64,000 bases of DNA. Source: Eledone cirrhosa. Its lineage: Eukaryota. Shown in pieces: positions 62,620-64,000 of this stretch. Under the pieces are notes generated by a model, which worked only from the letters and a program-made list of their open reading frames with translations, was not told the origin of the DNA and did not search any database. The translations under genes were made by a program, and so were the position numbers. The stretch lies in contig OZ024740.1 in NCBI GenBank assembly GCA_964016885.1, positions 253,952,001-254,016,000 of the forward strand. The letters are read 5' to 3'. The number at the start of each line of letters is the position of its first letter. Position 1 is the first letter of the stretch.

Positions 62620-63225
62620 GCGCACATACACACACTGTCCTATTACCACTTAAGAGCTTTGGCCCAATTTTAGAACCAACTGGTTTGTCCAGAATTGATG
62701 GACCTGATGGTCTACCCTGTGCCCCTGGTCAAGAGGCAGGTGCCTTATCTGGGACGTCACAGTTAGTGACTCTTTTGAATCTTCCCACATCCTGGATGCA
62801 GCGGTAAGGGCGAGAGCTACAGCATCCACAACTGAATAGAACAAAATCCCAAAATACTGTCATTTGTCGGCTAACTACATTTTCCAGCCCGTGGCATTCG
62901 AGACGTTTGGGGGAGTCGGGCTACTGACAGCGAGGTACTTATCTTCACTGGCGGCTCGCCAAACAGAGGTAACTGGTGATGCTCATGAAGGCACTTGGTT
63001 GTTCCAGTTGTTCCAGCACCTTAGACAGGTTTTCCAGTGCTCCTCGCTATATTGTTATCTTTTGCTCTGGTAGCGACTCGTTTGTCCACCCCTTTCGAAG
63101 TGCCTTTTGTTCTATGTGGTCTAAGATGTGTGTATTCCGTGCTTGTGTATTTTTTCTCTTTCTTTTTTTCTTTCCCTTTCCTTTGTATATATTATATTTG
63201 TTGATAAGAATAAATAAATAAAAAG
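62620..63225 (+). mobile_element. CRE-like non-LTR element 3' fragment (restriction-like endonuclease)
   Basis: EPTGLSR.DG.PDG, PW..G..LIWDVT, KY..L..NY.F.P.AFET.G; (AAAT)n tail. Confidence 0.75.
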
Positions 63226-63513
63226 TTACACTTCAATATACCCTCCTATTTCCAAACTTAACGAACGCTGTTATCATGATTGTATGTGTGTGTGTGTTTG
63301 TGTAAATGTATGTATGTGTTTGTGTGAAAGTATGTGTATTTGTGTGAATGTATGTCTGTGAGTTTATATTTTTGTAAGTGTGTGTGTTTGCACAATTATT
63401 TATATACTCATACATATAAATGTATGTATATGCACATACACATACACATAAGCATGTTGAAAAACATCCTAATCTCTTTGTGTTTCTCTTTCACTCTCTC
63501 TCTATATATATAT

Positions 63514-63632
63514 ATAGGAAAACGTATGACCCCGACGGCAGAGCTCAAGCCGTTTCGACGGCTATTTCTGGACTCCAGAAATAGCCGTCGAAACGGCTTG
63601 AGCTCTGCCGTCGGGGTCATACTTTTTCCTAT
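63514..63632. repeat. 119-bp palindrome (49-bp perfect arms, 1-nt centre) made of two inverted hammerhead 3' halves
   Basis: 63524-63572 is the exact reverse complement of 63574-63622; each strand reads GAAAC-ggc-ttgagctct-gcc-GTC-ggggtcat. Confidence 0.9.
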
Positions 63633-63719
63633 TTCTCACTCTACTACCCGAAGTATTGAGTACTCTGGTGCGTTATGGTCCATCTTGTTCCTTACCACAA
63701 TTCCTTTGTTATATATATA

Positions 63720-64000
63720 GAGGAGAATAAATGGGAGAAAGACAGTCTCCCCCACATCGACCCAATAGAGGGACCAGCAGTGTTAGTCGAGGGTAGTATA
63801 ATAAGTAAGGCAATCAAGGATATGAAGACGGGTAAGGCGGCTGGGCCTTCGGAAATAGTTGCTGAGATGCTGAAGGCATCTGGCTCGGTGGGACACACCT
63901 TGGTCACCCAGATAGTTAACCAAGTCGTACAGAATGGGGTTGTTCCGAAGGACTGGCATAGCAGCATCATCGTTAACTGTTATAAGGGTAAAGGAGATGC
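63720..64000 (+). mobile_element. RTE LINE fragment, continues past the right edge
   Basis: EENKWEKDSLPHIDPIEGPA..KDMKTGKAAGPSEI..NCYKGKGD, close to 50776-51055. Confidence 0.9.

Overview
AT-rich, repeat-dense animal genomic DNA. The SINE/RTE repeat types suggest a cephalopod such as Octopus, but this is an inference. Two convergent spliced genes are present: the last 11 coding exons of acetoacetyl-CoA synthetase (AACS, + strand, 12404-37092) and the last 3 coding exons of ERp29 (- strand, 60612-42654, ending QDEL). Bases 1-12115 are a >12 kb two-variant hexamer satellite (CTGCCA/CTGTCA), probably inside an AACS intron. Introns are filled with RTE, Tx1-like and CRE-like LINE fragments, tRNA-derived SINEs, Naiad-type Penelope-like elements (PLEs), Helitrons, and mariner and piggyBac remnants. 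The most notable unannotated signal is four hammerhead-ribozyme-related loci: (1) a 304-nt tandem retrozyme-like repeat with two hammerheads and a compensatory stem II change (47819-48302); (2) a CCGAUGA-variant hammerhead upstream of the Naiad ORF (28409-28455); (3) a degenerate hammerhead with a branched stem II (20311-20440); (4) a near-perfect palindrome built from two inverted hammerhead 3' halves (63514-63632). An AACS splice acceptor is also triplicated in frame (31172-31355). All calls come from reading and manual translation; no searches or folding programs were run.
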